This document shows positions 37,904-52,289 of a stretch of DNA of 64,000 nt, one piece after another. The stretch's first letter is position 1; every line of letters starts with the position of its first letter. Source of the stretch: Leucoraja erinacea (Eukaryota); assembly GCF_028641065.1 (NCBI RefSeq), contig NC_073405.1, positions 4,464,001 through 4,528,000 of the forward strand, given 5' to 3'. The notes beneath the pieces were generated by a model. That model ran no database searches, was not told the origin of the DNA, and saw only the letters and a program-made list of their open reading frames with translations. Both the position numbers and the translations under genes were made by a program.

Positions 37904-38185
37904 GGGTGGCGTAGTGATAGAACTACTGCCTCGCAGCGCCAGGGACCCAGGTTCAATCCTGACTACGGGTGCTTGTCTGTACAGAGTTTGTACATTCTCC
38001 CCGTGACCTGCGTGGGTTTTCTCCGAGAACTTTGGTTTCCTCCTACACTCCAAAAACGTCCAGGTTAATTAGCTTGGTATAAATGTAAAATTGTCTCTAC
38101 TGTGTATAGGATAGTGTTAGTGTGTGGAGATCACTGGTCAGTGTGGACTTGGTGGGCTGAAGGGCCTGTTTCCACGCTGTAAACT
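37904..38185 (+). mobile_element. V-SINE (HE1-like)
   Basis: B box ggttcaatcc, V-domain, CR1-like 3' end. Confidence 0.85.
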
Positions 38186-38902
38186 CTCACCATAAACCTC
38201 TACCCGTTAGTATTTGGCAGTTCAACCCTGAGAAAAAGACTGGCCATCATTTTATACACTTTTATCAGGTCACCCCCTCAATCCTCCTACACTCTAGAGA
38301 AAACAATTCAATCTGTCCTTAACTCTTTAATCCAGTTAACATCCTGGTGAACCTCTTTTGCACTCCCTCTCAGTCTCCACATCCTTCCTATAAAGCAAAG
38401 TTTAATACAGCAGCAACATGACTTGACACTTTTTCTACATTTGCAACTTTTATACTCAGATTCAGATTCAGATTCAGACTCCATGACCATAAAGGCCAGT
38501 ATGCCGTGCAGCTTCTTTATCACCCTATCTATTTGTGTTCAAGTCAAGTCAAGTCAAGTTTATTTGTCACATACACATACAAGATGTGCAGTGAAATGAA
38601 AGTGGCAATGCTCGCGGACTTTTGTGCAAAAGACAAACAACAAAACAACCAAACAAATTATAAACACAATCATAACACACATATTCTTTTACATAATGTG
38701 TTGAACCTTTAGGTAAATTTTGGTCTTGCACTCCAGGATCACTCTGGACATCAACACTTTCATTTTCAAATTCAACATTTTCAAACTTCAAATTTCTTTT
38801 CAAACAATACAAAGCTCAAGAAATGCAGTTTTCCTATTTAAAGGGCCCATTTGATATCTGATCCTGGAAAAGATGAATTTGCAAAATTCTGCAGGAATCT
38901 CA

Positions 38903-39124
<222 letters not shown>

Positions 39125-39684
39125 CTAAGAGTAAACAAATCCACTAAATTTTATACAAACGCTCAGCTTTGCAGCCAAATACAGTCATTACACCCACCAG
39201 GTAATTTATATATTTTAACATAACAATGTTACAAGATACAAGATACATTTAATTGTCATTTGGACCCCTTGAGGTCCAAACAAAATGCCGTTTCTGCAGC
39301 CATACATTACAAACACATAGACCCAAGACACAACATAATTTACATAAACATCCATCACATTGCTGTGATGGAAGGCCAAATAAACTTATCTCTCCACTGC
39401 ATTCCCCCCCCCCCCCCATGTCAGAGTCAAAGTCAAAGCCCCCGGCTGGCGATGGCAGAAGTTTTCAAAAACAGAGGGGTTCCAGGAAAGTCACATTTTA
39501 TTATCTCCAGCCTCAACCGAATTCCATGATTTTATCCAAAGAAAACAAATTTAAGGTTTCCGAGCAAGGAACAGAAAAATAATCCAGTTTGATAATTATT
39601 AGGAAAGGACTACACAAACGAGGCTTGTGATATTTCAGGGCCTAATAGTTAGTGATTCGTATAGAAATAAGGTCCGCTTTGTCA

Positions 39685-39867
<183 letters not shown>

Positions 39868-40497
39868 CTAAACAGAGACACAAGAGAGATAACACCCAAA
39901 CACATTATTTTTTACATATAGAAACAAGGAATTGCAGATGCTGGTTTACAAAAGAACACATAGAATGCTAGAGTAACTCGTCGGGTCAGGCAGCATCTCA
40001 GGAGAGCATGGATAGGTGACGTTTCAGGTCGGGATCCTTCTTTAGACATTTATATTTTTATATAGTGGGCTTCAGAAATAAAATCCTTCACAACAACATT
40101 ATCTGAAATGACACTAAGTTATACAATATGCTCTATTGGGACTTGGAGGCATTGAATTAGTGGCAGCATAGGAACAAGGGAGTAGGAACAGCATTGAAGC
40201 AAAATAAATAAAAACAAAAGCCAAATGTGTCATTGAGATTCAGGAAATGTCGAAATGTTTTTGAAAAGGTCAAGTAGTAGAAAGGACTTTGAATATGGAG
40301 AGAAGCCCAGAGGTAAAGTTCAGGTTTAGGAAGAACATGGGGGTTCAGGAGAGCCTAGATCTAGAAAGAATGTAAAGATGGACACCTTAAGGATACACAT
40401 TAATGTGAATTTGAAAATATGAAATTTAAATTCAAGGTATATTAAGCATGGGATTAAAAAAAATCGATAGAAGCCAATAGCTCTGAAGGGATAAACA

Positions 40498-40806
40498 GGC
40501 GGCATGGTGTCGCAGCAGTAGAGTAGCTGCCTTACAGCGCCAGATACCCGGGTTCGATCCAAACTACAGGTGCTGTCTGTACGGAGTTTGTACGTTCGCC
40601 CCGTGACCTGCGTAGGTTTTGTCCGAGATCTTCAAATTCCTCCCACACTCCAAAGACGTACAGATTTCTAAGTTAATTGGCTTGATATAAATATAAATTG
40701 TCCCTAGTGTGTGTAGGATAGTGTTAATGTGCGGAGATGGCTGGTTGGTGCCGGATCAGTGGGCCGAGGGGCCTGTTTCCGTGCTGTATCTCTGAACTAA
40801 ACTAAA
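40498..40806 (+). mobile_element. V-SINE (HE1-like), full length
   Basis: ggcggcatggtgtcgcagcagtagag head, B box GGTTCGATCC, V-domain, (actaa)n tail. Confidence 0.88.
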
Positions 40807-41277
40807 ATTAAACCAAAAACAGGACAGGACGTATGTTAGTTTATTAACAACCATGGTCAATCATTTCTTTTTAGGTAGATCAGCCAGAAAGGTTCATAAT
40901 GATCAACAAATCACAAGGCCTTAAAGCTTACAGGGTAGAAATAACTGAAATAGTTCTACTGTGCGGGAGAATGAAGTACCCAGTTTAATTGTCAGGCTCC
41001 CTGAACAATAAGCATTAAGGAACAAAATGGCAATATTGCAGGGGAAGTGGGCAAATGGACAGCCATGGAATTAATTAAACATATTGCCAAGAACTCCAGT
41101 CTTGAGCCTAAACCTGAAATGAGAGGCTGTGGTTTATGTTTTGCAAAGAACACCATTCCAAGAGACAGTGAGAAAGCCACTGGAATTTACAATGCACTCG
41201 GTGAATTTGTCCAATGCATTATTGGTAGTGATAAAAATAATATGAGAGAAGGCAAAGTGGGTTTGTTTTATATATCA

Positions 41278-41463
<186 letters not shown>

Positions 41464-41580
41464 TCAAACAACAACATTAAAACTATTTTAAACAAACTCA
41501 GACAAATATTTCTGTCAGAACATAAAGAGAGGCAAGAGTAAACCGATCAGGCCTTTGAACCTGCTCCACCATTCAAGATG

Positions 41581-41684
41581 GGTAGGAAGGAACTAGAAGC
41601 AAGACGCTGGAGTAACTCAGCGGGACAGGAAGCATCTCTTCTCTTCAGCTGTCCCGCTGAGTTACTCCAGCTTTTTGTATCTAC
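41581..41684. mobile_element. short palindromic Penelope-like-derived repeat nested in an old CR1 fragment
   Basis: gctggagtaactcagcgggacag / ctgtcccgctgagttactccagc arms; 15-bp TSD ccaccattcaa(g/a)atg. Confidence 0.8.
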
Positions 41685-42998
41685 CCACCATTCAAAATGA
41701 TCATGACTGATCCAATCTTGCCCTCAGCATCACCTTCCTGGTTTTACCCCCATAATCCTCAATTCCCCTGTTGTTTAAAAATCTGCCAACCACCACTTTG
41801 CATATATGGAACAACTCTGCAATTACAGTTTCAAAGTAGGGTTTTTGAAATGACTGGTGATCCTCAGTGGGGAAAAAAATCCCTCCATATCTCCATCCTA
41901 AGTGTGTGACTTCATATTTTGAAACTACGTTCTTTGTTCTGGAAAGCCTCACTGGAAAAACAGCATTCTCTCAGCACCCATCCTGCCAATCCCAGACATA
42001 ATCATCTATGTTTCAATAAGATCACCAGTCATTCTCCATACTCCAATGAGCATAGACCCAACTGCCTCAATCTTTCTTCATACATCAACTCCTTCATTCC
42101 AGAACTCTATTGCTGAATCTTTCACCGTATTGCCTCCAATGTAATCTGCATCCAAACTCTATGCAGTACCTTAAGCATGGTCTCTTAACTGCCCTACTTA
42201 CCAACTCCTATTCCAATAATAGGCAACATTCCATTAACCTCCTAATTTCTTAGTGTCTGCACACTTACTTTTTATTTTTCAAGTATTATAACGCCATATC
42301 AATATTTACTACAACATATTGCAGTGTCATACCATTGAAAATATTTTTCCATCCATCCTTCCAGTGGATGACCACCAATTTTCTCACTGAAACTCCATCA
42401 ACCAACTACTTATCCACTAATTCCATCCATCTATATCCTCCAAAACCCAGTGAACGTGGGGAGGAACAAAATTGTCTCCTTATACTTGGTCTATAACCAC
42501 AACTATTCCCACTAATAACAATGACAAGATAGTTAAGTACCTAATGTTAAAGTCACTGATTAATTTCTGCTGCTGAATATCCAATGAAACATATTTTCCT
42601 ACAAAATATATTTACAGCTAGGAATTAAATAAATACTAGATTTCAGTATCCACGTTGAAAACGCCACCACATAATGGGACCGAGATACAACAAGCTCCCC
42701 TTTTCCGGAATTAAACTTTAAGTTGTCTATAAGTAATCCAATTAAAGCTTATCCTATTATAACACCCTTTGCAATTGACAGGCAAATCAAGTTCACTGCT
42801 GCTCGTACCGTCATATTATTTCTCTAAACCTCCTTAGAACGATTACATCCTGTATAGAGCATGGAACACACAGACTTTTCTATTGATATCTTCAACTTTG
42901 TTACGTCAAACCAGGGTAGAACTTGCACAGTAAATGGTAGAGCCATTATTTGAAATTATGGTGTTCAGCAAGAACACAGGGAATGTTCAAGCAATTAC

Positions 42999-43060
42999 CT
43001 GTAAAGTGGATTCAGGGCAATGATATCACGAATAGTTTTCACAATTTCTGCTGTAAGCGC
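42999..43060 (-). CDS. LONP1: Lon protease 1, exon 5
   Basis: ALTAEIVKTIRDIIALNPLYR; 62 nt. Confidence 0.97.
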
Positions 43061-43428
43061 CTGTTTGATAAAAAGCCAGTTAATTTTTGCTCATCGTTAC
43101 GAAATGTTTTTCAAACCATTTACCAAAAATTTTTAAATTGTACATTTAAAAAAAACAATATTTTAAACAACATAGCTCGTCCCATTTTACCCCATCATTC
43201 TCCTCCCAGACCCACTCTGCAGCTTAACAAGCTGCTTTTGTGTCCTTCCCAATTATGTAAAAACAATTTGAACTGAAACGTTGACTTTGTTTCTTTTCCC
43301 ATGGCTGTAGCTTCACCATCTGAGTATTTCCAGCATTTTCTACATTTACGTTAAGTGAACATATCTGAAGAAAATGCAACAAAACTATTTTGAGAATATG
43401 ACACTTCAACTTTTCCCTTTAAACTTAC

Positions 43429-43666
43429 TTTGACCTCTTCTGTGACCTGAAAGTGTTCATGAGCAATATTTTCCACCTCTACCATTAAAAGTTCACCCGT
43501 TGGTGGCAGATGGGGCTCCAAATTTATTGCCAACTCTGAACTTTGGCAATTGGCTTCATCTTTCTTCTCAAGTTTTTGTTTGCTCTGAACTTTGTGCGGA
43601 TTCTGCTCAAAGTCCCCAGGTACTGATTCATCGGCTTCTACTTCCAGCTGCCTGGTTAACTGGATT
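43429..43666 (-). CDS. LONP1: Lon protease 1, exon 4
   Basis: IQLTRQLEVE...variable linker...LLMVEVENIAHEHFQVTEEVK; 238 nt, phases 2/0. Confidence 0.95.
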
Positions 43667-44300
43667 CTGGGGAATAAAGTTAACAAACGTTTTAGATTCA
43701 ATCCACGGTAACAAAAACAGTCTACGGAGTAAAATAAAAAAACACAATAACAGAGTAAACAAAAAAAAAACATAAAAGTCTAGAACCAATCAACAAAATG
43801 CAGCAAACATAATTCAGTGGGATTAGTTTCCTCCATGTCAAAATCTTCCTATGACTCTATATTTAAGTTCCTTGTGAATACCTGTCTGGGATTATGAGCT
43901 CAAATGAAACAGTAAAAGGAGAATTATTGGGTGCTGCATAAATGTAGAGATGGGACTAAAGGGTAACAAATGATAATAGGAACTGTAAATGTTTCAAAAT
44001 AGGGAATGTTTTTAGATATTGCCTGACTTGGATGTACTGCTTTTATTTCAGCTTTTAATCTTCCGGCTGAAACTTTAAATTTATTTTGTAATGTGTTACA
44101 GCTACATATTACAGAGGCAAGAAACTAAATTATTACTGATCACAAAATCTATACAAGTTGGTTTAATGAATCGAAGAACATTACAAATTCTAATATGACT
44201 CACATGCTTGACCTTGGCTACTACAAAGACTATGCAAAATACAAACCTTAAATTTATTTTGCAGAAAGAAATCAAGTAATTCAACGCAATGTCCAACTTA

Positions 44301-44462
<162 letters not shown>

Positions 44463-45442
44463 CTAACAGATTACTATATTTTGTACCATCTTTAAAGGCC
44501 TGCAATAAACATTTAAGAATAAGAGTAAAAGTAATATCTTCTCTATGTTTAAAATTGCATTAATCTTAAATCAAGAGATGGAAACTGAGTGAAGTAGGAA
44601 TAAGGTAAGCAACTATTTTCTTTGCCAAATTTCTTTCATCTCCTGAAGTTGTGACGGTGGCTACACGTGTAGGATGGTGGGGATTAAACATGTTTCCATC
44701 ACATTCTCACTTCATTCACTGTCCATCTATAGTGAAGCCTTTCTAGGAGGAATTACTTGGAGAGCAGGAATGTATGGTCAAACTGATTATTTTCACTTCT
44801 GATGACAGATCACTTTAACCAATTCTCTCTCCGTAAATGTTAACTAACCCATTGAGCAATTCCAGCATTTTTTTATTTTTGATTTCTGCCTATCTAGTCC
44901 AAGGCATTTAAGTCATTTATATAGTCATCTGAACACAAGTCAGCGGGCAAATAGGAGTCCTTACAGTCTATCTAGCTGTTAAACTGTCCGAGCCTCTGGG
45001 GAGTCAAGTGCAGTGAAAAACACGGCAATGGCTACAATATTTCTGGCAGCAAATTACGTTTCCCAGCTCCTGGCGCAAAGTTTAGGCAGAGAATAAGAGG
45101 AGGGAAAAAAATAATCTACTTTGCGGAAGAAAGATAATACGTCTGCTGGAAACACTTCTATATCTATTCACAAGGCTGACCGTAAAACATTTTGGACATC
45201 ACTGCTCACTCGTACTGACCTTCTGGGCTCAGATATTTATGGTGCTGCACGAATGGCCATGACTTATTTTCTATATTTTAGGTTCCTTTGAAGAGTTTTA
45301 CAATCATATAGCACACAAAAGTCATTAACCCCACGAAGTGTGTAGATATGTGAAAGAACTTCCCCATTAATTTTATTCGCTCGCTTTTCCCCCCCTCCCC
45401 ACAGTTTCAGTGTCAGTCTACTAGAACTGTTACATCGCTTAC

Positions 45443-45531
45443 TTGTCATCTTTTTTAAGAAATACACCCGCATATGGCTGAGCCAAACGCACTTTCCTTC
45501 GAAGGAGTTCCATTAATCTTTTGTTTTTGAC
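45443..45531 (-). CDS. LONP1: Lon protease 1, exon 2
   Basis: [29 protein letters not shown]; 89 nt. Confidence 0.97.
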
Positions 45532-45734
45532 CTAAAAAAGGAGCGAATACTCATATTATTCCGATAGGAATTTTTCTTTAAATACTAATATCCAAGACCT
45601 TAAAATTAAACCCAAAAGGAATTTTTTTTTTAATCTTACTGATATAAACTTGAATAATACTTACCAAGACATTAAAAAAAAAAATAGGTATGTGGATCAG
45701 TTTCAACTATAGGCATTTGTCACACTCCTTGCTC

Positions 45735-46602
45735 CAGAAGTGGCGGCGCTGTTAACAGCTGTGGCTCCCCTGCAGTCCATCTGTCTTTACTTTTTTCTGT
45801 TGTTTTGGTTAAGTTTTAGTTTGTTGGGTTGTGTTCGGGGAGGGGGGGTGGGGGGTGAAACATGTTCTGTCTCTTCCTTCAGGGGAATGCAACTTTTTCG
45901 TGTCGTATCCCCCTTCTCTGCCTCCGTCTGCGCTGAGGCCTAATGGCGAAGCTGGCGGCCTCCAGCCTGCGACCGACCCCGAGGCTCCGGAGGCAGAGCC
46001 AGCCAGGACTTACCAACGAGAGGCTGGCCGTCTTCGGGGCTGAGGCAGCGGTGGCCCGACTTGCTGATGCGGCGTTCTGGCTTTTGGCGGCGGCCTGGGG
46101 CTGATGCAGCGGGGCTCGGGGCTGAGACTGCGGGACCCGGAGCTGGGGCGGCGGCCTGGAGCTGGGGCGGCTGACCGGAGCGAAGACTGCGGGACTTGGA
46201 GCTGGGGCGGCGGCCTAGAGTGGAGACTGCGGGTCCCGGAGCTGAAGCGGCGGTCCGGAGCGGAGACTGCGGGACCTGGAGCTGGGGCGGCTGCCTCGGA
46301 GCGGAGACGACGTTCCGGCTTTCGGCGGCGGCGACATCACCACGGAGGTCCGCTGGACTGGGGGGCGGCATCTCCGGCCTGGATCGATTGCCTCAGCGCA
46401 GAGGGAGAGCAAGGAGGGAAGAGACGGAGACTAAGACTTTGCCTCCATCACAGTGAGGATGTGCTTGGTGAACTCACTGTGGTGGATGTTTAATTTGTGT
46501 TTATTGTACGTTTTGTTTTTATTGGTTCTGTGTATGACTGCAGGCAACATAATTTCGTTCAGACCGAAAAGTCTGAATGACAATAAAGGAATCTAATTCT
46601 AA
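45735..46602 (+). mobile_element. GC-rich non-autonomous retroelement with internal minisatellite and Rex-like 3' end
   Basis: Starts cagaagtggcggcg; internal gagactgcgggacc(t/c)ggagctggggcgg repeats; ends in stem-loop ttcagaccgaaaagtctgaa, then tgacaataaagg and an (aatct) tail. Confidence 0.7.
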
Positions 46603-46658
46603 TTCCACAAAATCAATTTCAGAAGAAATTCCAACCAGTCCAAATCTCCCATTTCCTT

Positions 46659-46828
46659 NNNNNNNNNNNNNNNNNNNNNNNNNNNNNNNNNNNNNNNNNN
46701 NNNNNNNNNNNNNNNNNNNNNNNNNNNNNNNNNNNNNNNNNNNNNNNNNNNNNNNNNNNNNNNNNNNNNNNNNNNNNNNNNNNNNNNNNNNNNNNNNNNN
46801 NNNNNNNNNNNNNNNNNNNNNNNNNNNN
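46659..46828. other. assembly gap (170 N) in LONP1 intron 1
   Basis: Run of N. Confidence 1.
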
Positions 46829-48061
46829 TTGCCAGGTGGCAATACATTATGCTGTCTGATCCTCCTCCAGAAGTGATCAAGCACACTCAGGTCAGGGACA
46901 CCACATAGATCAAAGATCAAATCAGTATGTTATTACACTGGGTAATATTTACCTGCATAGCTGGCTTGATCTATGATATCTGAGTACAGCATCATCACTG
47001 CTCATTTAATCAAGTCAAATCAAGTTATCTGCATGTTCTTGCATTCCTGAATTCTGTGCATTTCCTATTATACAAGCAGCATTTTATACACATCAGCTTC
47101 CATTTATTTGCCTCATGGTTTTACCAGAAGGACAGTAATCAGCTTGAAAGCAAACAAGAACTGTTCATTTAAGTATACAGGCTAACCTCTTCTAGCTTTA
47201 CGGCAAATAGCAAAGTAAACGGATTATGAAGATCCTTGAATGAATCATCCAGTCAACAGCAAGTGGGCTGCAGGGAGAATAAGTTTTCGTATGCGAAAGT
47301 CCTCAGAATATTTTAATCGGCTAGTACAGTATTTCTACAAAAGGTCTTTCACTCAAATTAATTCTGAACATTCAATCAATTCCCAAAGATTCTTGTTAAT
47401 GGCACAGTTGATGCAATTTCCTGCAAGTTCCAACCTTGTATTGCATCAGACTGTCAACATCAGTGACACAGCCAGAAATACTCTAGTCACATGAATATCT
47501 TCACAGTGAATGACTAATCAACAATGAATCCCCAGGGCCTTGCTACCATCTAAAATACACCCGAGTGTAGTGAAATATTCGCCACACACTTGAACAACGA
47601 GCTTCAACAACAGTTGAGAAACAAAATATATGTGTAGGAAGGAACTGCAGGTGCTGGTTTAAACCAAAGATAGACAAAATTCTGGAGTAACTCAGCGGGA
47701 CAGGCAGCATCTCTGGAGAGAAGGAATAGGTGACATTTCAACTGAATATACCCCTGGACAAGACAGCCTATTTGATTAGCACCTAATTCACCAATCCATC
47801 TCTACCAACCGAACCAGATGACCAACTAAACAGTCATCCAATAATCAATGTTCTTGCCAAAACCCTGAAAAGCGAGGGCCACTTCCAATGTCTCAGATGC
47901 TATCTTTCAGTGAAAGCAAATGTCAATGCTGAAATTCCTTCAATGCACAAGCACAACGACATAGAGAACCTCAGGGATCAGGAACACAGGGAAATCATGA
48001 ATAAGTAGCAGGGGGAGTGGACCACTTTACTATGTTCTGCCTCATTTGTGGAAGAGTCACA

Positions 48062-48715
48062 TTAGACAATAGGTGCAGCAGGAGTCGAGCCAGCACCGCC
48101 ATTCAATGTGATCATGGCTGATCATCCCTAATCAGTACCATGTTCCTGCCTTCTCCCCATATCTCCTGACTCCACTATCTTTAAGAACCCTATCTAGCTC
48201 TCTCTTGAAAGTATCCAGAGAACCGGCCTCCACCACTTCTAAGGCAGAGAATTCCACAGACTCACAACTTTCTATGAGAAAAAGTGTTTCCTCATCTCCG
48301 TTCTAAATGGCTTATCCCTTATTCTTAAACTGTGGCCCCTGATTCTGGACTCCCCCAACATCGGGAACATGTGTCCAAACCCTTAACAATCTTATACGTT
48401 TCAATAAGATCCTCCCTCATCTTTCTAAACTCCAGAGTGTGCAAGCCCAGCCGCTCCATTCTCTCAGCATATGCCCGTCCCGCCATCCCGGGAATTAACC
48501 TTGTAAACCTACACTGCACTCCCTCAATAGTAAGAATGTCCTTCCTCAAATTAGGGGACCAAAATGGCACACAATGCTCCAGGTGTGGTCTCACTAGGGC
48601 CCCGTACAACTGCAGAAGGACCTCTTTGCTCCTATACTTGACTCCTCTTGTTGTAAAGGCCAACATGCCATTCGCTTTCTTCACTGCCTGCTGTACCTGC
48701 ATGCTTACTTTCATA
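48062..48715 (-). mobile_element. CR1-clade LINE 3' fragment
   Basis: QVQQAVKKANGMLAF...LVRPHLEHCV.FWSP...EGVQ.RFTRLIPG. Confidence 0.9.
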
Positions 48716-50171
48716 GTCAACACAGCACCCACCAAACCAGAGCGGATTAAGTTTAAGGTATTGCCCAAGAAGCCAATTCCATCTACGACTGTCTGTGATG
48801 TTTACCATCCACAACTTGCTTTACAACACTCTCCCAAGTCTCCGTCAACAGTTTCTTCTAAACCAAAATCCTCTCTCAGAAGCATAAGAACTGAAGAGTC
48901 TGAAAAAGGGTCTAGACCCATAATCAGAATCTCCCAAAGTTGTGTGTCTGTTCATTTCCCCCCAAAGCAATATGCATGCCAATTGTGCTTGGTTCTAATT
49001 CCAACTCCCAGGGGATCGATATATAAGGAGTGGTTGAAGAAGGGTCTCGACCTGAAACGTCACCCATTCCTTATCTCCAGAGATATTGCCTGCCCCGCTG
49101 AGTTGAGTCTATCTAAGAACAACACGCTCATGTCAAGTTTTACCATCACTTCCAAGTTCTGCTCTAAGGCATAGCATCGTGGCTTGAATGTAATCATTTA
49201 TAGTCTTTCTAACTCGATAGCACGCAACAAAAGATTTTCACTGTACCTCGGTACACATGACTATAAACTAAACTGAGATGAACTATATTGAAACAAATGG
49301 TGTACTGTGATTACTTCATTTGTACCAAGTCCAAATCCTGGAAATTACTATTTAATTGAACAGCTAGATACCATCACCTGAGGTATAAGAGAGTTGCACT
49401 AACGGCTCATGGGGAATGACAGGTAAACAACAAAATGCTCACCTTACCAAATAAATCTACAGGCTTCTGGCAGCAATTACATTTGCCTGTTAGCTACAAA
49501 ACCGATTACAATTGACCGACCGTACACCAAGAACTTATAATATTGATATGAAATTACACATGGTCTTAAGTTTAAGTCTTGTATTCACACAATAAAAATC
49601 CTCACACCTATCTCCAATAACACCACGGAACATAAGATGTTTCAAAATAACCCATACAATACAATACTAGTCACATTGCACATAAAGTGCAACTGAAATG
49701 AGTTTGCATACGTCTACGTGATTCCAGTTAGATCGAACCAAGGAACGTCTCAGGTGTAATGTCAGATACCGCCCATCCACCTCAATAGGTCTGGATTCTG
49801 CTATAAACGTTCTAAACAGAATGCTTGTATTTCTGGAGTATGATGGGTCTTGACACGAAACGTCACCCATTCCTTCTCTCTAGATATACTGCCTGTCCCA
49901 CTGAGTGTTTTTTGAATATGTGTCTATGTGTATATGGATATGTTGTGAGTATATAAACACTGAGTTTTTCTTTTCTCTCTCTCGTTTGTCATATCATACT
50001 ATATTTGCATATTCTGTTGTGTTGCAGCAAGTAAGAATGTCATTGTTCTATGGGACATGTGACAATAAAACACTCTTGACCCTTGAGATACACCAACATT
50101 TTGTGTCTACCTGCTTGTATTTCGTAAACGCGTGCTACTTTATTCTGATTAGCCTGCCACCGGTTTCTTAC

Positions 50172-50675
50172 CTCAATAATTTTAATGAATCTGGGAAACA
50201 CGGGATTCCTGCTGACTGCGATCAAGGGGACGTTGGGGAAAACATCGGGCACGATCATAGGAGAGAGCGCTGTCATGGTAGGGGCCATGCCCGTGGCCCC
50301 TTCCCCACCATCTCCAGCTCCGCCTTCCACACCATCGTCCCCAGAGTTAACCGAATCACCGCCGTTCCTCTCACTGAAGTCCTGGAAGGTTCTTGTCTGT
50401 TGGAACCGAGAGGCAGCAGGGGGGTTGGGGTTGCCCTTGCCGCGGGCCGCGCTGGTCGCCCTGGTTACCGTCCAGCACCCAGTGCAGCCCAGTAACCGCT
50501 CGGCCGCAGCTGAATGCAACCGCCTGGTTAAACAAGTAGCAGCAGCCGCCGCCGCCTCCCCGGGCTTGTTCCCAACTGGAGCATGGTTGGGGACTGCCAC
50601 GAAAGGGCGATACCGAGACCTAACGGCTCGACCGCACAAGCGACTGAAGGAGCCGAGCCGCATGTACGCTGCCAT
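50172..50675 (-). CDS. LONP1: Lon protease 1, exon 1 (mitochondrial presequence and start of N domain)
   Basis: caagATGgca; Arg-rich, acid-poor [23 protein letters not shown]...; ends [33 protein letters not shown]|gtaaga; the 18 exons sum to 2925 nt = 974 aa plus stop. Confidence 0.95.
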
Positions 50676-50760
50676 CTTGGAAGCCCATTCAACCCCCACA
50701 ATGCGTTGCGGCAACATAACCAGCGGCACTTCCGGCAAGCGCCACTAACCAATCAGGGTT
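50676..50760 (-). promoter_or_regulatory. LONP1 proximal promoter/5' UTR
   Basis: ETS/GABP motif CCGGAAGTG (50727-50735, minus) and CCAAT (50749-50753) in a CpG-rich patch. Confidence 0.7.
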
Positions 50761-50969
50761 GACCAGTGTAGTCTTCTTGAATGAATACTGAATGAATGAA
50801 TGGATACTGATCTGGTGAGAAGGATGGGTGAGGGTTTCTGGCACATTGGCACACCATTTTATAAATAGGACTATAAATACTGGAAAATACAGACATATTC
50901 GACAGCAGATGGGCACACAATGCTGGAGTAACAACAGGGAAAGGCAGCATCTCTGGAGAAGGAATGGGT

Positions 50970-50997
50970 GACGTTTCGGGTCAAGACCCTTCTTCAG
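50970..50997 (-). ncRNA. minimal hammerhead core in a Penelope-like repeat
   Basis: Minus strand CUGAAGA-A-GGGUC-UU-GACCC-GAAACGUC: intact core and stem II, weak stem I. Confidence 0.5.
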
Positions 50998-52289
50998 ACT
51001 CTTGAATGGACCTCTCATATGCTAAGGATGAATTCCTGATCTTCCAATCTACATTGCTCTTGAACCTTTAAAAAAAATCTGCACTTTCTCTGTAGTTGTA
51101 ACCAATTTCCCTCCGGGGATAAATAAAGTTCTGTCGTATCGTAACACTATATTCAGAAGAAGTGTCTCGACCCGAAACGTCACCCATTCCTTCTCCAGAG
51201 ATACTGCCTGTTCCGCTGAGTTACAACTGCATTTTATGTCTATGGTGTAACCCAGAGTCTACTGTTCCTTCCTAGACATGTTCTGCAGATCAGGTAGTAT
51301 CTTGGGAGAATGAAAGGTTCCAGGTTTATTATTTTCCAGGTTTAAAAAGCTGGAATAACTCAGCGGGACAGGCAGCATCTCTGGAAGGAATGGATGACGT
51401 TTTGGGTCGTGACCCTTCCTCAGACTTCTCCAGGTTTATAATTGTCACAAACACAAAGACACTGTGAAAAACTTTGTTTTGCGTGTTATGCATTCAAGTC
51501 ATACCATGTGTGAGCAGAAGAGGGAAGTTTTCATGAAATAATTCCAGAGTTATGGTCCATGGTAACTGGAGGGTACAAGGAGAAACTATGTTATATTTCA
51601 AAAAAGACATGCTGTGTTGGAAAATATGTTGTAGGTGGAACTTAATTGGCCTCAGTAGGTAGATTTTGTCCATTGGTTCTCAGAGGTATCCACTGAGTAC
51701 ATTAATTGTGAAGGAAGTATTGATTAATTTTTAAGACCAGGGTGAGCTGACAGTGTTCACGGCCGACTGTTAAGCCCTAGCCAGGATTTTATCACACCTT
51801 TGTATAGCAGTGCTCTGCTCAAGACCGTAAGAAATTGCAGTGGGTTGTGAACACCATTGCAAAGCAGCCAATATAATCACTGCTCACATCCTGTTATTCT
51901 CTCCCTTCTCCCATCGACTTGAAGTCAGGTACCACCAGGTTCAAAAACACTATGTCATCAGACTCTTGAATGGACCTCCCAGATACCAAGGATGGATTCC
52001 TGATCTCCCAAACCACCTTGTTCTGCCCTTGAATCTTTTTTTTTTTTAAATCTGCACTTTCTCTGTAGTTGTAACTCTATATTCAGGTCTTTGTTTTTTT
52101 TTGTACTTCCTGATTTTTTCTGATGTGGAATGATTTGCTTGAATAACACGCAAAATAGTTTTTCCAAGTATCTCAGTACACATGACAATAATAAACCAAT
52201 AAATCCTTGCACCTCTTTTATGCAGAGCCTTGAGATTTAGGATGATTTGCTTCTGTATTTGTGAGTTCTGAGATGACCAACTCCTTCAA

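Noticed and set aside
46104-46493. GC-rich ORFs and repeat-spacer pattern considered as CRISPR-like
   Set aside because: Degenerate tandem minisatellite inside a eukaryotic retroelement; no unique spacers or cas genes
48332-49174. 280-aa plus-strand ORF, the longest in the track
   Set aside because: Antisense of a CR1 ORF2 fragment running into a hairpin repeat; not a gene
49905-50748. 196-aa and 187-aa plus-strand ORFs
   Set aside because: Antisense to the GC-rich LONP1 exon 1
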